Source: Euglena gracilis
Lineage: Eukaryota
Length of the DNA stretch: 64,000 nt
Assembly (NCBI GenBank): GCA_039621445.1
Contig: CP154954.1
Coordinates: 6,707,425-6,771,424 of the forward strand
Direction of reading: 5' to 3'
Below the pieces are notes generated by a model. The model saw only the letters and a program-made list of their open reading frames with translations. It ran no database searches and was not told where the DNA came from. Shown piece by piece: positions 1-32,900 of this stretch (position 1 is its first letter; each line of letters begins with the position of its first letter). A program made the translations under genes and the position numbers.

Positions 1-374
1 TATTATTATATTATTATTTATTTTTTATTTAGGTTATTAATTTAACTTTTTCGGAAAACTTGTTATTTGGCTGACGTTTGTTGATGGCGGCAGCTGTTGA
101 GTTTACAGCTGGAGTGCAGACGCCTGCAAGCGCTTGCGGTGGTTTCTTCCGGTGTCTCCACCAGCCACCTGACACGCAGACAACTGTTGTTCCAACACCG
201 TGGCCACTCAGGGCAGGTTTCCTCACTCACAGGCTTACTTCAACATAGGGTGAAGATGGGAACAAAGGATTGCACTCGAGGTGCGATGCATGGCACGGCT
301 GAACCACTTCACACACTGGTGGGATTAAGCACCTTCGATGCTGCGCGGCGATGCAGCGCTGCCGGAATCTCCCA

Positions 375-408
<34 letters not shown>

Positions 409-2019
409 TTCAGCAAGAAAAAACACCCAGAGAAGCATCTGAGATAGTTGTTTTCTGTTTCAGAAAAGCATTGTAACACATTTTTTTGGTAACATGTTTG
501 CGGTCTTTTTTTTTTGTAGCAATAAGAATTGACCATTATACAGCAGGGGGAAACCTTCGAATGAACAATCCTCCGTAATCCTTCATAATTCCCGGATAAT
601 TGTTGATTTAAAAAAATGTCCCAAACCGCACTTCACCAGGCCCCAAAGCTTTAAATTTGTATTTTCGAAATTCTTTTTCGTATTCATCTGCTTTTTTTGA
701 ATTCTCATTGACTGTGTCCATTTGGCTTTTGATCGACTGAGTTTCAACAATTTTGGCAAAATTTGGCAACTGAGTTTCAACAATTTTTTTTCAATGTTTC
801 TGGTGATTTCAGTTCTTTGTTCTTATTTTGCTCACTGCAGTGTAGAGGACAGGTAATCAGAAGTTTGTCCTCTGGGAGATGCTTTGCTGTTGGTGGAGTT
901 TTTTCTTTGTGGGGTGGTTCAGCATTTCCTTCTCCTAAAGGGAGGCAAACTGACGCCTGGGAGAGTGCCAAATACCATTTTTTCAAACGGTTGCCATTTT
1001 TTTCTTTGCTGGGTCCATTTTCAGATGCAGTAAAACTTTTGAAACAAAAAGACAAAGTAATTAAGATATTTTTGTGGTGTATTTTGTGTTGAATTTTACA
1101 AGAATTTGTGCAGAACTTTACAAGAAAACTGAAATGTGTTTTTTTTGAAAAAACCCAAATCAGTTGTCCCATCAATTTGGCACCATTATTTTGGTACTTT
1201 TTGTCTGACTATACATTGCCATGTTTATTACGATGCCCAGCCTGGTACATCCACCCCATGCCAAGGACAAAGTGGAGGTAATGTTGCGGGGTAATTGTGC
1301 CCTGCCAGGCAGAGTGAGTGCAGGATCAAAGGGTATCACCCAAAACCCTATAAGTGAGCTCCTACCCCTTCCTGTTTTCCGTGGTCGCGGATTGCAGGTA
1401 AAAAATTTTCAGTGTGTTCGCTTTGAAATTCAGTTAGATGGCAATCAATCCTGCTTGGAATGAGGTGGTTTTGGTTGATAGAAATTGTCTCCGGTGCATG
1501 TGGGTGACCCTACCCATTATCGCCAGCTGGAGTCCTCACTCTGACTTTGTCTCCACACGAACGACTGTAGAGAGCAAATCAGAGAGAGAGTGTGTGTGTG
1601 TGTGTTGGCCAGCAGCTTACCCGTTGGGATTGAGCAGCTTACCAGGAGTACGTCCATGTTTTTGTGTCGAGAACGAAGGCAGTTCCCCCAGAGGCCTGGG
1701 AGTCCGTGAGACCCTCAGTGGATGCCAACCCCACCCGAAGTTAAACGCGAACCCCACTCTGAGATTTGGGCACCGTGCACGGCGTGCTCTCTCCTTGATC
1801 TCTTCCACACTGGGAGTTCCTGATTTTGCAAATCCCAATCATACTCCGCTGTTTGCCAAAGAGGCTTCGGTGACTGAAAGGGTCTTGTCTCCCATCCGGC
1901 GCAGTTGGGCCCACCTCCACAATACGGATGCCTTCCTGATTCTTCTGTGCACGTGTCAAATTGGCTGTGTCAGAGTTGGTTGGTTGGTTGGTTGGTTGGC
2001 TTGAGTCAAGTCGGTGGTG

Positions 2020-2160
2020 TCCAGAGCGGCTGTATGGCCATCCGCAGGATGGCAATGGAAATGAAATAGTGTAATCATCAGGATCTGGAAAAGAAAACGA
2101 AACAGGCCCAGGATTTTGATGGATGTCTCCTTCAGGTAAGAAAGATAAGAAAAAAATGTT
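2020..2160 (-). pseudogene. Possible decayed non-LTR retrotransposon fragment carrying a 2A-like motif
   Basis: Minus-strand FFLSFLPEGDIHQNPGP (GDIHQNPGP at 2104-2130). No reverse transcriptase or endonuclease motif recognised nearby. Confidence 0.35.
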
Positions 2161-2797
2161 GATTGCCAAAAAATTTGAAATTAAAAAGAAAGTTAGAACA
2201 CGCATAAAAGACCACATCAAGTCTTGTGAGAATCTTGGGTCTTGGGACTTGTGATGTGGGGAAGGGGAAGGTGAAGGAAGGGGATGAGGAAGCTTATAAA
2301 GATGTGCAATTGCAAAAGTTTCTTCACGCTGGAGAGACGTATGTTGTCTCCACTTGGCGATGCTGTCCTCCAGCAAATCGTTCAAGACCAACGGGGGAAT
2401 TTTGACCATACATCAGGAGATGGGGTTTCCAAGCAATGGCATGATTGGGGTGCAAGTGGAAGACATATTGGCGGTGGTGTACATGCTGAAGAGCGACGTG
2501 CAGGTGTGACGCTTCCTGATTTTGCAACCATTGGATATGTGTGTTTTTTGGTGCTGGAGATAAAGGTTTCAGTGTGAACACATATTGGGAAGACCTTAGG
2601 TGTATGAAGCATTCTTGGTTTTCCTCTGGTTATTTGTGTGTGCCTATTGCAATGTTGATATATATCCCCAGGTGTGAAGCAGTGTCCAAAACGAAGGTCG
2701 CGCGTATTGCACTTCCGCTTCATCCTCTATTGGGGTGTCAGCTTTTTTGTGTGGGTTGTGCCGAGCTTTCTATGCAGCTGTGCTGCTTCCCCTTCAG

Positions 2798-22502
<19,705 letters not shown>

Positions 22503-25500
22503 TGCCGGGCCGGCCGGCAGCCCAACAAGTCAACCAAACCCCGGCGACACACGCGCACCGAACTGCACAAATCCTGCGCTTGATAGGAACGCAACGTTGA
22601 ACAGCGGCGGCATCTCCTTGAGGGCCTGGTCCCAATGCTGCTCCGTGGTCTTGAACCTCATTCCCCTGCATGTGTTTTGGTGCAGCAAGGCTGCTCCTTT
22701 GGGCAAGCTTATGTCCCCTACGTCAACATCACAGTGCAAAGAGTCTCACGTGCAGTGCTTGTTGGTTCCGTACGCTGTGTCATCTCTGGTCATAGGTTGT
22801 TTTTTTTCTATTTTTGGAGGGGCTCACAAAAAACCTGAAATTTTTGTGCCCCCAAAAGTTTTGGTGCCTCAGAGGCAAGAAGAACGCTTCGCTATGCCTC
22901 AGCAATTCTGGGTTGACCCCTTTTTGTGCGCAGAAGAAGATACGCAGAATAAAGCCACCATCATCGCTGGTTGATGGGGGGGTGGGCACACATTTATTCT
23001 GGGAAATGGTAACAATCTGGCCGCCTGATTACCAAATATTGTTCAATGAGAAAGCATCCTTGAAGATATGTGTTTCTCCACTTCCAGTGATATGTCATGT
23101 TTAGCAGCCGATGGTAATTCTGTCAGCCAGAATGAAGATGTCTTCCCCGCAGGCAGAAATAAACGTTGCATTAGGGGAGAAGCGTGGACAGAAAGAAAAT
23201 GTCGTAAGGGCAAGGGGAGAAATGCCATTTGCAGAATTTCTCTTTCTCCCTTTTTCTTGAATGATGTTCACCAACTTGCTGTCAATTTGGAACTGGGTTT
23301 TTTTATCTCATGCTTTCAAATTCCTCGGTTATTAATTCTGGATTGTGTTCCAATTGTTTCGATCCCAACCACTATCTTCTGCCATTGAAACTCCAAATTG
23401 TGTGAACCCCCCAATAATAAACTCCTGGTTTTTGAGCACACGAAGTGAGGGTCCGAAGTCGGGGTCCAGGGGGGGGGGGGGCAATTATTCGGGCAAAAGG
23501 TTTGAAGTCAAGAATTGACGCTTTTGGGGGCATTTTGGGTTTTATTGAAAAATGGGTCCTTTTTTGGCAGATTTTGTTCACCAGTTCCTTCCATTTTTGT
23601 GTTTTTTTTTGCAACATTTCTGCTTATTTTTTTCCCCCTTCAACTTCACAGGTTTCGGTGGGGGCTTATTATTTGGGCGGCTGAGTAGGTCCTTGGGGGG
23701 TTGTTATTTGGGGGGTGGTGTTATTTGGGGAGGTTTTGTTCTTCCAGAGGCAAGTACATTTTAAGAAACGTTTCTGCTTTTCAAGCATTGTTTGGATATC
23801 AGTGCAAGCTCTTTGGGTGATGCCGGGTGAGCGGCGGTTGTGCTGCTCTGAGCCTATTTTCCCTGCTCTGTTTGCGCAGGTGCCCCAATGTTTCTGTAAA
23901 TATTTCCCGGGCCCAAAAACGGATTGCCCACGGTTTCCTGCCCCCAATTGTGTCAGAACCAGTTTTATGGAACCCTCTTTTTAAACTTTTTTTAGAGTCT
24001 CCCAGACCTTTTTTTGTCCAGGGAGTCTCCACCCACCCCCCTCTGGGAGGGGCCAAATCACCAGAATCCTCCCGTTCTCTGAACACCTGCTCAAAAGATA
24101 TTGTGTGATATGGCGTGGTGTTGCGTCATACGTTTTAATTTTGGCCGTTCCCAAAAGTGGCATTTCCCACCATCTGGCGGAAGCTACAGGTCCCCAACGT
24201 GGAAGTTTTTTTCCACTGCGCTTTCGGACTTCTTTTTTTGTGTCCTGTGGAAAAGCAGTGTGAGCGACCGTGTGCACTTTTTCAGTTTCCTAACGTTTCC
24301 CCTCTTTCCCCATTTCGGTCTTTTGCGCTCGGACTCAAGCAATCCAAGGTCCTCATTGCGGGAATTTTTGTTGTCGTATGCTGCAGGCTGGGTGGATGGC
24401 CCCGGAACCTACTCTCCACCGAGGAAGGTTGCAGGTCGAAAACCCCCACAGCCACAAACCCACAGACAATTCCACAGACAACAGTGGGTTGGGCGACTGG
24501 AGACGTGGTATCAACTACGTCTGTGCCCCCAATACCCAACCGTTAAAGAAACACCCGTGATCACAAGGCCCCACTCAACACACATGAGAAAGAGCGTCCC
24601 GTTGAATGCAATGGCCCACCGGCACTCCACTCCAAGAACAAGAAGTCTGGGATAGCCCATCGTATTTTCCCCGTCCACCGCAGGGCTGCCAGCCTGCCGT
24701 GGTGTGGGGTGTGGCGCCCACCCGAGAGACTCACCGCATCCGCTGCGCCGACCATCGCTGGGCAGAGCGTATTGGAGACAGTTTCGCCCAACTCCCAATA
24801 CCTTTCATCAAATCGACATTCCCATGGCGACCCTGTGAAATGAAGGATGATTTTCCCGTTGTGCTTTTCGAAGGTTGATGCGATTCGTATTCATAGCAAG
24901 ATGGTTCAATATTGATATTTGTGTCGATGAATCTCTCCTCCCAGCCCCTCAGGACCCAGGACCCGGGAGAAAATGGCCAAAGAAATCAAAATGTTCAGAC
25001 CATGTGCATTGCTTCGCCCTTACCCTGGGACACTGACTTTCTGAGCGCATTTGGTCTTCTCTGCATTAACCACCGGAAAGGAACTCAGCGAACTCACGGC
25101 GGAAAACCATTCTCACCCAGAAGTTCAGAAAGAAGTCGAAACTCGCCATTAGGCATTTCAGTCGGGAGGCCTAAAAACATGGGTTTGGGCTTTTTTTTAA
25201 ATTTTTTTTGACCGTTTTTGACCCAGAAAATGTCCAAAAATATTTTGGACATTTTGGCATGGCATGGCCGAAAGCGGGAGGCCGGGGGCCAAAAAACTCC
25301 CATTTTCGGCTCAAAAACAGGTTTTCCAGCTCGGGATCCGGGTTCCACAAGAGACGTCCCCCGCGCCACACACGTGGCGTCCGTGCCGCTTTGAGTTCAG
25401 CGTGCGACGGGTTCTGTGGAATTCCGCCCAATGCCTCTCTGCTGTGGAATTTGGTTGGTGGGTCTCCTGGGGGAGGTCGGCCAACAGGGTGCCCCTCCCA

Positions 25501-28165
25501 CCCAAAGGGGGGTTTTGCTCCATTTCTGGACGAATTTTTTGGACCCCAAAATTGACCCCTAAAAATGGGTCCCCTCGACCCCCCCCCCCCGAACCCCAAC
25601 TGCCTCCCCCCCCCTCTGACGCTCCTCCAAGAATCCGATGCAGGAATTCTGCGCCGTGTGTGAGCGTCAGCTCCAAGCCAACTCACCCATCCATTCACTT
25701 ACGCAGCTCTCACTGTATTCATGGGCTGATTCAACGGGTTTTCATCCCCCTCTTGTGATTTCCAGGGAGTAGCAGTCATCACGTGCGTTCAAATCTCGTT
25801 TCTGGGCTGCCTCCTGAGACATCCGAGGCCGAAGTTTCCGAACCCCCTTCCCCCGCCTCGTACCTGCTGCAGTTTGGCTTCGCATTTCGTTTTTTCTTTT
25901 ACAACACAACACTGCCGTTTCCCACGGTGCGAGGTGCGATTCCACGGGTTTTCTCAAAAACACGCATGAAAAGGATGTCCTCCGCGTCTCCGGAGCGACG
26001 GGATGGCGCCGACGGTGACCTGTTCGGCGCCGGGCTGCGGCAACCGGGTCCACCGCCGCCGCTGCGCCTTCCGCCTCAGAACCGGTCTGTGACTCTGCCC
26101 CCGTCCAATACCAAAACAGTTGCCCACAACTGGATCCGCTGTATACAACTGGAAAGCTGTTTTTTGGGGGGGTCCGGGTACCTCCCCCTGTTTGGTCCGG
26201 ACCCCCCCTTGGCAGGTGAGGGGGGGTCTCCACCTCTGATCCAGAAGGGTGAACCTCCCCTGCTAACCCGCACACCCTCCTTATATCGAACCCTGCCCCT
26301 GCCTCAAAATTTTCCTTCCGGCGCCGAAGGTTTTGGGTATTTTGGGCAAAGTTTTGCCCCAAAATTGCCCAACCTGGCCTTTTTGGGCCGGCGCTTTGTG
26401 CCAGGCTGAAAATTGGTCCCCCGCACCGCACCACTCTCCCGGGGCCGGGGGGGGGTGCCCCCTGCCGGACTGGAGGGGGGGTCTGCCCCCCCCCACCTGC
26501 CCATATCTCGAACCCTGGGCGGGGGGCTTTGCTCAAGCCGGAGAGTCCATCTGGGGGAGGACGATGACGGGATGGTTCAGCCTTTTCCCATCACCCCAAT
26601 TTGTTTGGGCACTCTCTGAGCCCAGTCCGAGTTCTGGGACCCTCCAAAACAAAATTAATTGCTCATCGAGCGATTGAGGTTTCCCCAATATAAGTGTTTA
26701 TGACTTCCTAATCGGGTTCTGCTGTTCATGATATGTGGCATGCTTCCAGTGCTTCCAGTTTGTTGGAAGGTTGTCTGGATTCTGCCATTTTCGGCGAACT
26801 TCTTCGCAATAGATATGCAATATCTACATTTGCATAATTTGACATCCAGCTTGTGATGCTCATATGTCCCCGAGGCTTCGTGTGAGGACATTTTCAGGAT
26901 ATAGAGGATGTTCTGTTAACAAAAATGTTTCAGCTACTTCAGGGCGGCTGGACAGTAACGGATTATATGCTTTTGTGGGGTGAAAAAATGGGCCAAAAAT
27001 GGGGGGAAATGGGCCGGATTTAGGCTGGCCAGGGCAATTTTGGGATAAAAAAATCGATTTTTTTTTGCATGATTGGCAGTTTTGGTGTGTTATTTTGAAG
27101 TTTACCCGGTTTGACCCCGGGTCAGGCCCAGCTCCAGCCCAGGACCCCTCTTGGGGGGGGGGGGGGGGCGTCAGCCAGGAGTCTTTTTCCAGCCAGCCCA
27201 AATTTTCCAGCCTCTGAGCTGGACCCCCCGGGGGGGGGTTCGTTAAAAATGGACTTCGCTGGTCACTGCACTGTACGTCCTGTGGATGATGCTTGGATAC
27301 ATCTGCACAGGAAATGTCTCCTGTGGGGGATGCCTCTCCTGCCTTCCTGCACCGTCTGTTGCCAACACCCAATGGGTTGCCATGTGTCACCCATCTGTCA
27401 TTTTTTCCTGTGCCGCACAAATCCATTTTCATTCATTTTCATTTTCCTTTTGGTCCCAAGGAGTTTATGATTGAGAGGTGCGGGAATTGATTCCTGGACA
27501 ACCGTATTCCCAACCCTATTTCTATATTAAAAAAAATGCACCAAAAATGAAACCTCCATCAGCTTCCCTGCAGAAATAAAACCCCCACTAAACCACTGAA
27601 CTACTGGATCACTGGGGGGGGGGGCAGTAGTGTATCGCTGCTGTACCTTAACCACCTTGGAGGGCTAAGGTTAGGGTTTGGCCAAATTTAGGAGGTTAGC
27701 CTAAAACCCAGCCCAACAATTGGGCCATTTTAGTACTGATTTAAAGTCAAATTGCCTAAATCCTCATCCCCAAACCCTGCTCTTGACCTTTAACCCTAAC
27801 CCCATTCCTAACCAAAATACCCCCAAACCCAAACAAGCCTTCCATACCACACGTTTGCCATCGCCGGAAGTCAGGACAGAAAGACAGGAGAGTTTGGCCT
27901 CGGGCCCCTCTTCTTTAGGGCATGTGGGCCGGAGCCCCCTGTGTCATTTCCTGAAATCCCGGGTGATGGGTGGTATAGGGCTACCGAACGCACATCTCAT
28001 TTATTACGTGCAACGTTGGTATTGCCGTGCCATCCACTCGTGCGTGTCACAGAGCACAGTGGGTGGCACTGCACCCGGTGCCCGAGCCCTGTCCTTCCGG
28101 CCCTCATCCGCCACCCCCAGGGCTTCGGAAGTACCACTCCACTTACCCAGCTGGGGCGAGAGCGG

Positions 28166-29494
28166 CAGGCATTATTTTTTTAAGGCGAAATTTCTCAATT
28201 TTTTTTAAGACGTTTTTAAAGGTTTTTTAAGGTTTTTTAAGGTTTTTTGAGGATTTTAAAAAAAAATTTAAGGTTTTTTAAGGCATTTTTTTCCTCAGGC
28301 AAGATGTCAGACCCCAAAGATGGCCCGATGGCTTCAGACTCCTCTGTGGCTTCGGAACGCCCAAGGAAGAAGCCTGGGGCGAAGCACGGGGATCAGGGCG
28401 GTCCATGAGGGACAGTCATTGTCAACAGGCAAGCAAATATCTTGAATAGGGTCAGAAATTTGAAGTAATTGCAATGAAAAAAAATGGATGGTTTCGAGTT
28501 TTGAGTTTCGAGGTGACCCACTCTGTATCTCATGCAACAAGGTGTTGAGCAATGTGTATGGTGGCACACTGCATGGGCACGCATTTGGTATTGCTCACAT
28601 GAAAAAGTTTGATTATTTTCTCGGTGTTCATGAGGCTATCTGGTGTGGGTGCACAGGTTGCCGCATTGCGGGTCTGCAAATCCGCGATTGCGGTTCGGAT
28701 ATCCACTGTGTCATTTTGCCACTGTTGTTGCAAACTCTCAATCCTACTTGCGATATTCGAGATTTTGGGTGTGAAAGCTTGCAAATTCAGCAGGAATTTC
28801 TCCACAATGGCAAGATTTCTGCTCCAAACGAGAAATTCCTTCTAACTGCTGCACATAAGTGCGGGGATCAAAACTTTCGCGTGCTTGGGCAAGAAAGTGG
28901 GAAAAATTCGCGGAATCACCGCTCAATTGGGGAACGCGCTGTTTCGCTTCTTGAAATGCTGTGGCAAGTGTGGGAAACTGCTCCAGCGTAGTAAATTGTC
29001 CCAAATTGGGATTTTTTGTTGTTCATGCAACTTTTGCTACAATTGCACTTTTGAGCAATTTGGGTTGACTCCTCTAAGAATGTCTCAAGCAATTCAAATC
29101 AAGAAAGATGTTGTTGCAAGTTTTGCTTTTTCTGGCCGTGTGTCACAGCCTTTGGTGAAGCGAGGCCAACCGAACTATGCCAGAAACCTTGGCAAACAAT
29201 CCGGTTTTCATATTGTTTGTTCACAATCGCATCTGCATTGACTGGCTTTATGCAGGGTTTCAGACATGCTATTATTTGTTTGGTGCAAGAAAATTTTTTC
29301 TCAGGGAGAATTTTTAAGGTTTTTTAAGGTCATCATAGGGAAGAAAAACTTCCCCAGGGTGATTTTTTTAAGGTTTTTTAAGGTTTTTTTTATGGGTTTT
29401 TAAGGCATTTTGGCAAAAAAAAATTTAAGGTTTTTTAACGTTTTTTAAGGTTTTTTAAGGTTTTTTAAGGCGCCTTAAAAAATAATAATGCCTG
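28166..29494. mobile_element. Non-autonomous hAT-like DNA transposon (1.33 kb) with an 8-bp TSD
   Basis: CAGGCATTATTTTTTTAAGGCG ... CGCCTTAAAAAATAATAATGCCTG. TSD GAGAGCGG at 28158-28165 and 29495-29502. TTTTTTAAGG subterminal arrays and broken minus-strand ORFs inside. Related right ends occur at ~36650 and ~46475-46500. Confidence 0.9.
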
Positions 29495-29942
29495 GAGAGC
29501 GGTCCCCGACGCGGGTTTTTTCCCCCACTAACCCCCCCCCTAATAAGTGCGCAGTGCCCTAATTGTGCGCAGTGCCCTAATAAGTGCGCACCCACCATGG
29601 GTCCGAAACTACCTCCCTAAAAAGTGCGCACCCCCCCGCCAACGGAGAAATCACTGTCATTTTACAGTCAATGGGAGAAAGCACAGGGGAGAAGGTTCGG
29701 TTTTGGGGTGGGCAGCGCCATGACCCATCCCTGCACCCCTGACGTCTTTTCAGTGAGAACAAAGCGGCAATTCGTTGCTTTAACTAAACGACTAGTCTTC
29801 TTCAGCTTCTTTGTCGAAGAATCCCCCTCGGTGTCCGACCGGCACATATGGTCTTTGACTGCTGGTTTGGGCCTGGCTGTGTGTGTGGGGATGTCGCTGT
29901 GGTTGTTGATTCCGTTCCCGGTTTGCCGAAGGCCCTGCTTGC

Positions 29943-32900
29943 AGCATCCCGCTCCCCTTCGAGCGCTGTGTGCACGGCTGCGGCAACGCCACAACCAACC
30001 GCCACTGAGACCCCTGCTTCTGGTTGCTGCTCGTCGTTGTTACCATGGGTTATTCATTTCTGTGCCACATATTTGCAGATGAAGCATAGGCTCTCCAATG
30101 GCTTGATGATTTGGCAGTCTCCAAGCATCCACTCCCATTTCTTTTTGAGGCAACGTCATCCAGCATCGGTTCAAATACAAGTTGCTGTGTGGTTTTTATT
30201 TTTAATTGTTCTCTGTTTTTTTAAAAAAAGTACGAATGCTCTTTGGGGGCTGGGGTCAAACTGACAGAAGACCTCAAAGTCTTTTTGGTTTCTGGTCTGA
30301 ATAACAGAAAAATGAAATTTTAATCGAAGGGAAATATACTCGAAGGAATGGCACAACAACGATTCAGGAAACAATATCAACAACCAAGTAATAATGATTA
30401 ATGGTAAAAGGTTGAAGGTTGGGTAAATATTGCTTATGGTAATGTACGTATGTATGTATGTATGTATGTATGTATGTATGTATGTATGTATGTATGTATG
30501 TATGTATGTATGTATGTATATGTATGGATGTATGTGTGTATATATAAATATGTATGTATGTATGAATGTGTGTATGTATATATGTATGTGTTGGATGTAC
30601 GTATGTATGTATGTCTGTATGTATTTATGTATGTATGTATGTCTGTATGTATGTGTGTGTATGTATGTATGTATGTATGTATGTATGTATGTATGTATGT
30701 ATGTATGTATGTATGTATGTATGTATGTATGTATGTATGTATGTATGTATGTATGTATGTATGTATGTATGTATGTATGTATGTATGTATGTATGTATGT
30801 ATGTATGTATGTATGTATGTATGTATGTATGTATGTATGTATGTACGTATGTATGTATGTATATCAGTCATCGACTAAAGAAAACGCACTCCCATGAACC
30901 ATGAGGCGCGCAATGGGAGCCTCTTCCACCCTTTGCTCGCCTACGACCCCTGGTTCGGTCGCTTTGCGCTGTGCTCCGAGGGTCATGCGAAGCGGGGCAC
31001 TGGCGCGATTTGGCGTAACAGTGGTGGCATATGTTTTACCATCAGAAAGACAGACACATTGCACATACTGCATGTGCACTCGCACAGACACACACAACAC
31101 CTCGTATTCTCATTTTTTTAGTTCCGTTTTGCACGCGAGAGCTGGTCTGAGAACCACCCACCAAGGAGTCCGGATCGTTTGGTGTGCTCTGTGTCACATT
31201 CCGTTCACGGCCGGTGCCCTCTGCCAGACGCAAGAAAAGGAGCGGTGTGTCTTCTGTGGTGCTGCCGCCGCTGCTCCCAACCCGGCCTCTCTGACACCAG
31301 AACCCCTTGGAGAAGCAGTCATTCAGTGACTCCTGGGAGGAAGGATTTTCATGTGGTTGATATTCAGGGGGACGTCAGATTCCAAATTCCAGCCCAACCC
31401 CTTATCCCGAAGTCGTAGTTCGAGCCATGTGGGTCCCGAGACAGGGACCCCAGTGCACTAGAGGCCCCCCCGGTCAATAGCACCCTGCAACGGAATCATT
31501 GCTTTTCTTTGAAGGATGCCCGTTTGAGCCAAGGCAGCACCAAACCAGGTCGAAGATGGCAGGAAAACTCGGACGAAATGTGCCAAGGATTTGGGTAGAG
31601 TGAAAATATAGGTTTGCATTATTCAACCAATGAGAGGTCTGCAAAAAAAAACCCATAAATTTGGCAAGTGCTTGCGTTCTCACTGAATCTCGACGTCCCC
31701 CCCCACCAAACAAAAACCGAACCAAACAACCCCTGCAGCCCTGGGACAGTGTAATTTGTAAAAAAAAATTCAAAGTCTCTTTCCATAAACTCCGGCATAT
31801 TGGTTCCAGTTTGTTAATGTTGTATCGTTCCAGTCGAGGGACCGGCTCCTGCCCAGCTGCTCCGATGTGCGGACCGCCTGAAGTGCGGCAAGCGGTTCTG
31901 TGCGGGCTGCCTGCAGGGGTACTTCGGCGGAAAGGCCGGTATGGCCTCGCTGCTATAAGATTTCCTTAAGCCGGAGGGGACCCCACCCTCCAGGGGGGGG
32001 GGGGGGTCCAGCCAGCACCTGTTTTCAAGCTGGCCTGCGGGACCCCTTCCTCCCCGGGCTGGCCTTAAGAAAACCACATGGTCCGGGCTGAGCATCAAAC
32101 CGGGTTGTCCCAAAAGTGTACACAATCCCTCTTGGGGGCCTTCACTGGATCCCCTCTGGCCCAACCCCCCCTCACAAACCAAGGAAAGCCTTCTGGGCTG
32201 GTAACCCACCCTTGGCTTGGGGGCATCACAATCACGGCCGCGAAGTGTGGGTCGAGTATTTTATGCTGCCATCCATCCCAGATACAAAGTGATGAAATGT
32301 CGCTTAAATCACAGTTCTTTTTGACCTGCATCTCCCCCTGCTATTCAGAGCATGGGGGGGACACACACATTTTAGGCACTGATGAATGTGTAGTTTGGGG
32401 GCATAGGTGGGTGGGCCGCCAGCAATTTTTGCAGGCTCCCCGCATTTTTCTCAAAGCCAGCAGAATGCGTTGTCACATCAAACATACAAAAAAGCAAAAA
32501 AAAAGTCCCCCCATATAATATTCACTGTACAAACTCCATCCCCAAAGGTGGGTTATTTGGGGACATTGTTGGGCTAGACTTTTTTTCCTTTTTCGGCTGA
32601 ACGTGCGATTATGCAACCAAGCATGGACTTTTAGATGCTCTGTATTCAACAGACCTCCGTTTTTTTGAGAAGCCCCGTGTTCTGGGTTCCACCGAGACCA
32701 CGTTCAATTGCGGCATGGTGGACGCTGGGAATCATTTTCCCATATTTCGGCCCCCCCCCCCCGAAAGACGTCCAATTTTTCGTCATTTTCCTTTTTTTTA
32801 AAGCGAAGTGTTTTGTTGAACGCTGGCCATCACTCCCAGCCCCGGCAGTTCCCCATCGTCCCCCCCCCCCAGTCGTTGGGTCCCACTGTCCCCCTTTTCT

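Noticed and set aside
27660-27830. TTAGGG/CCCTAA telomere-like words
   Set aside because: Only isolated copies inside a dispersed repeat (similar sequence at ~55290-55450), not a tandem telomeric array.
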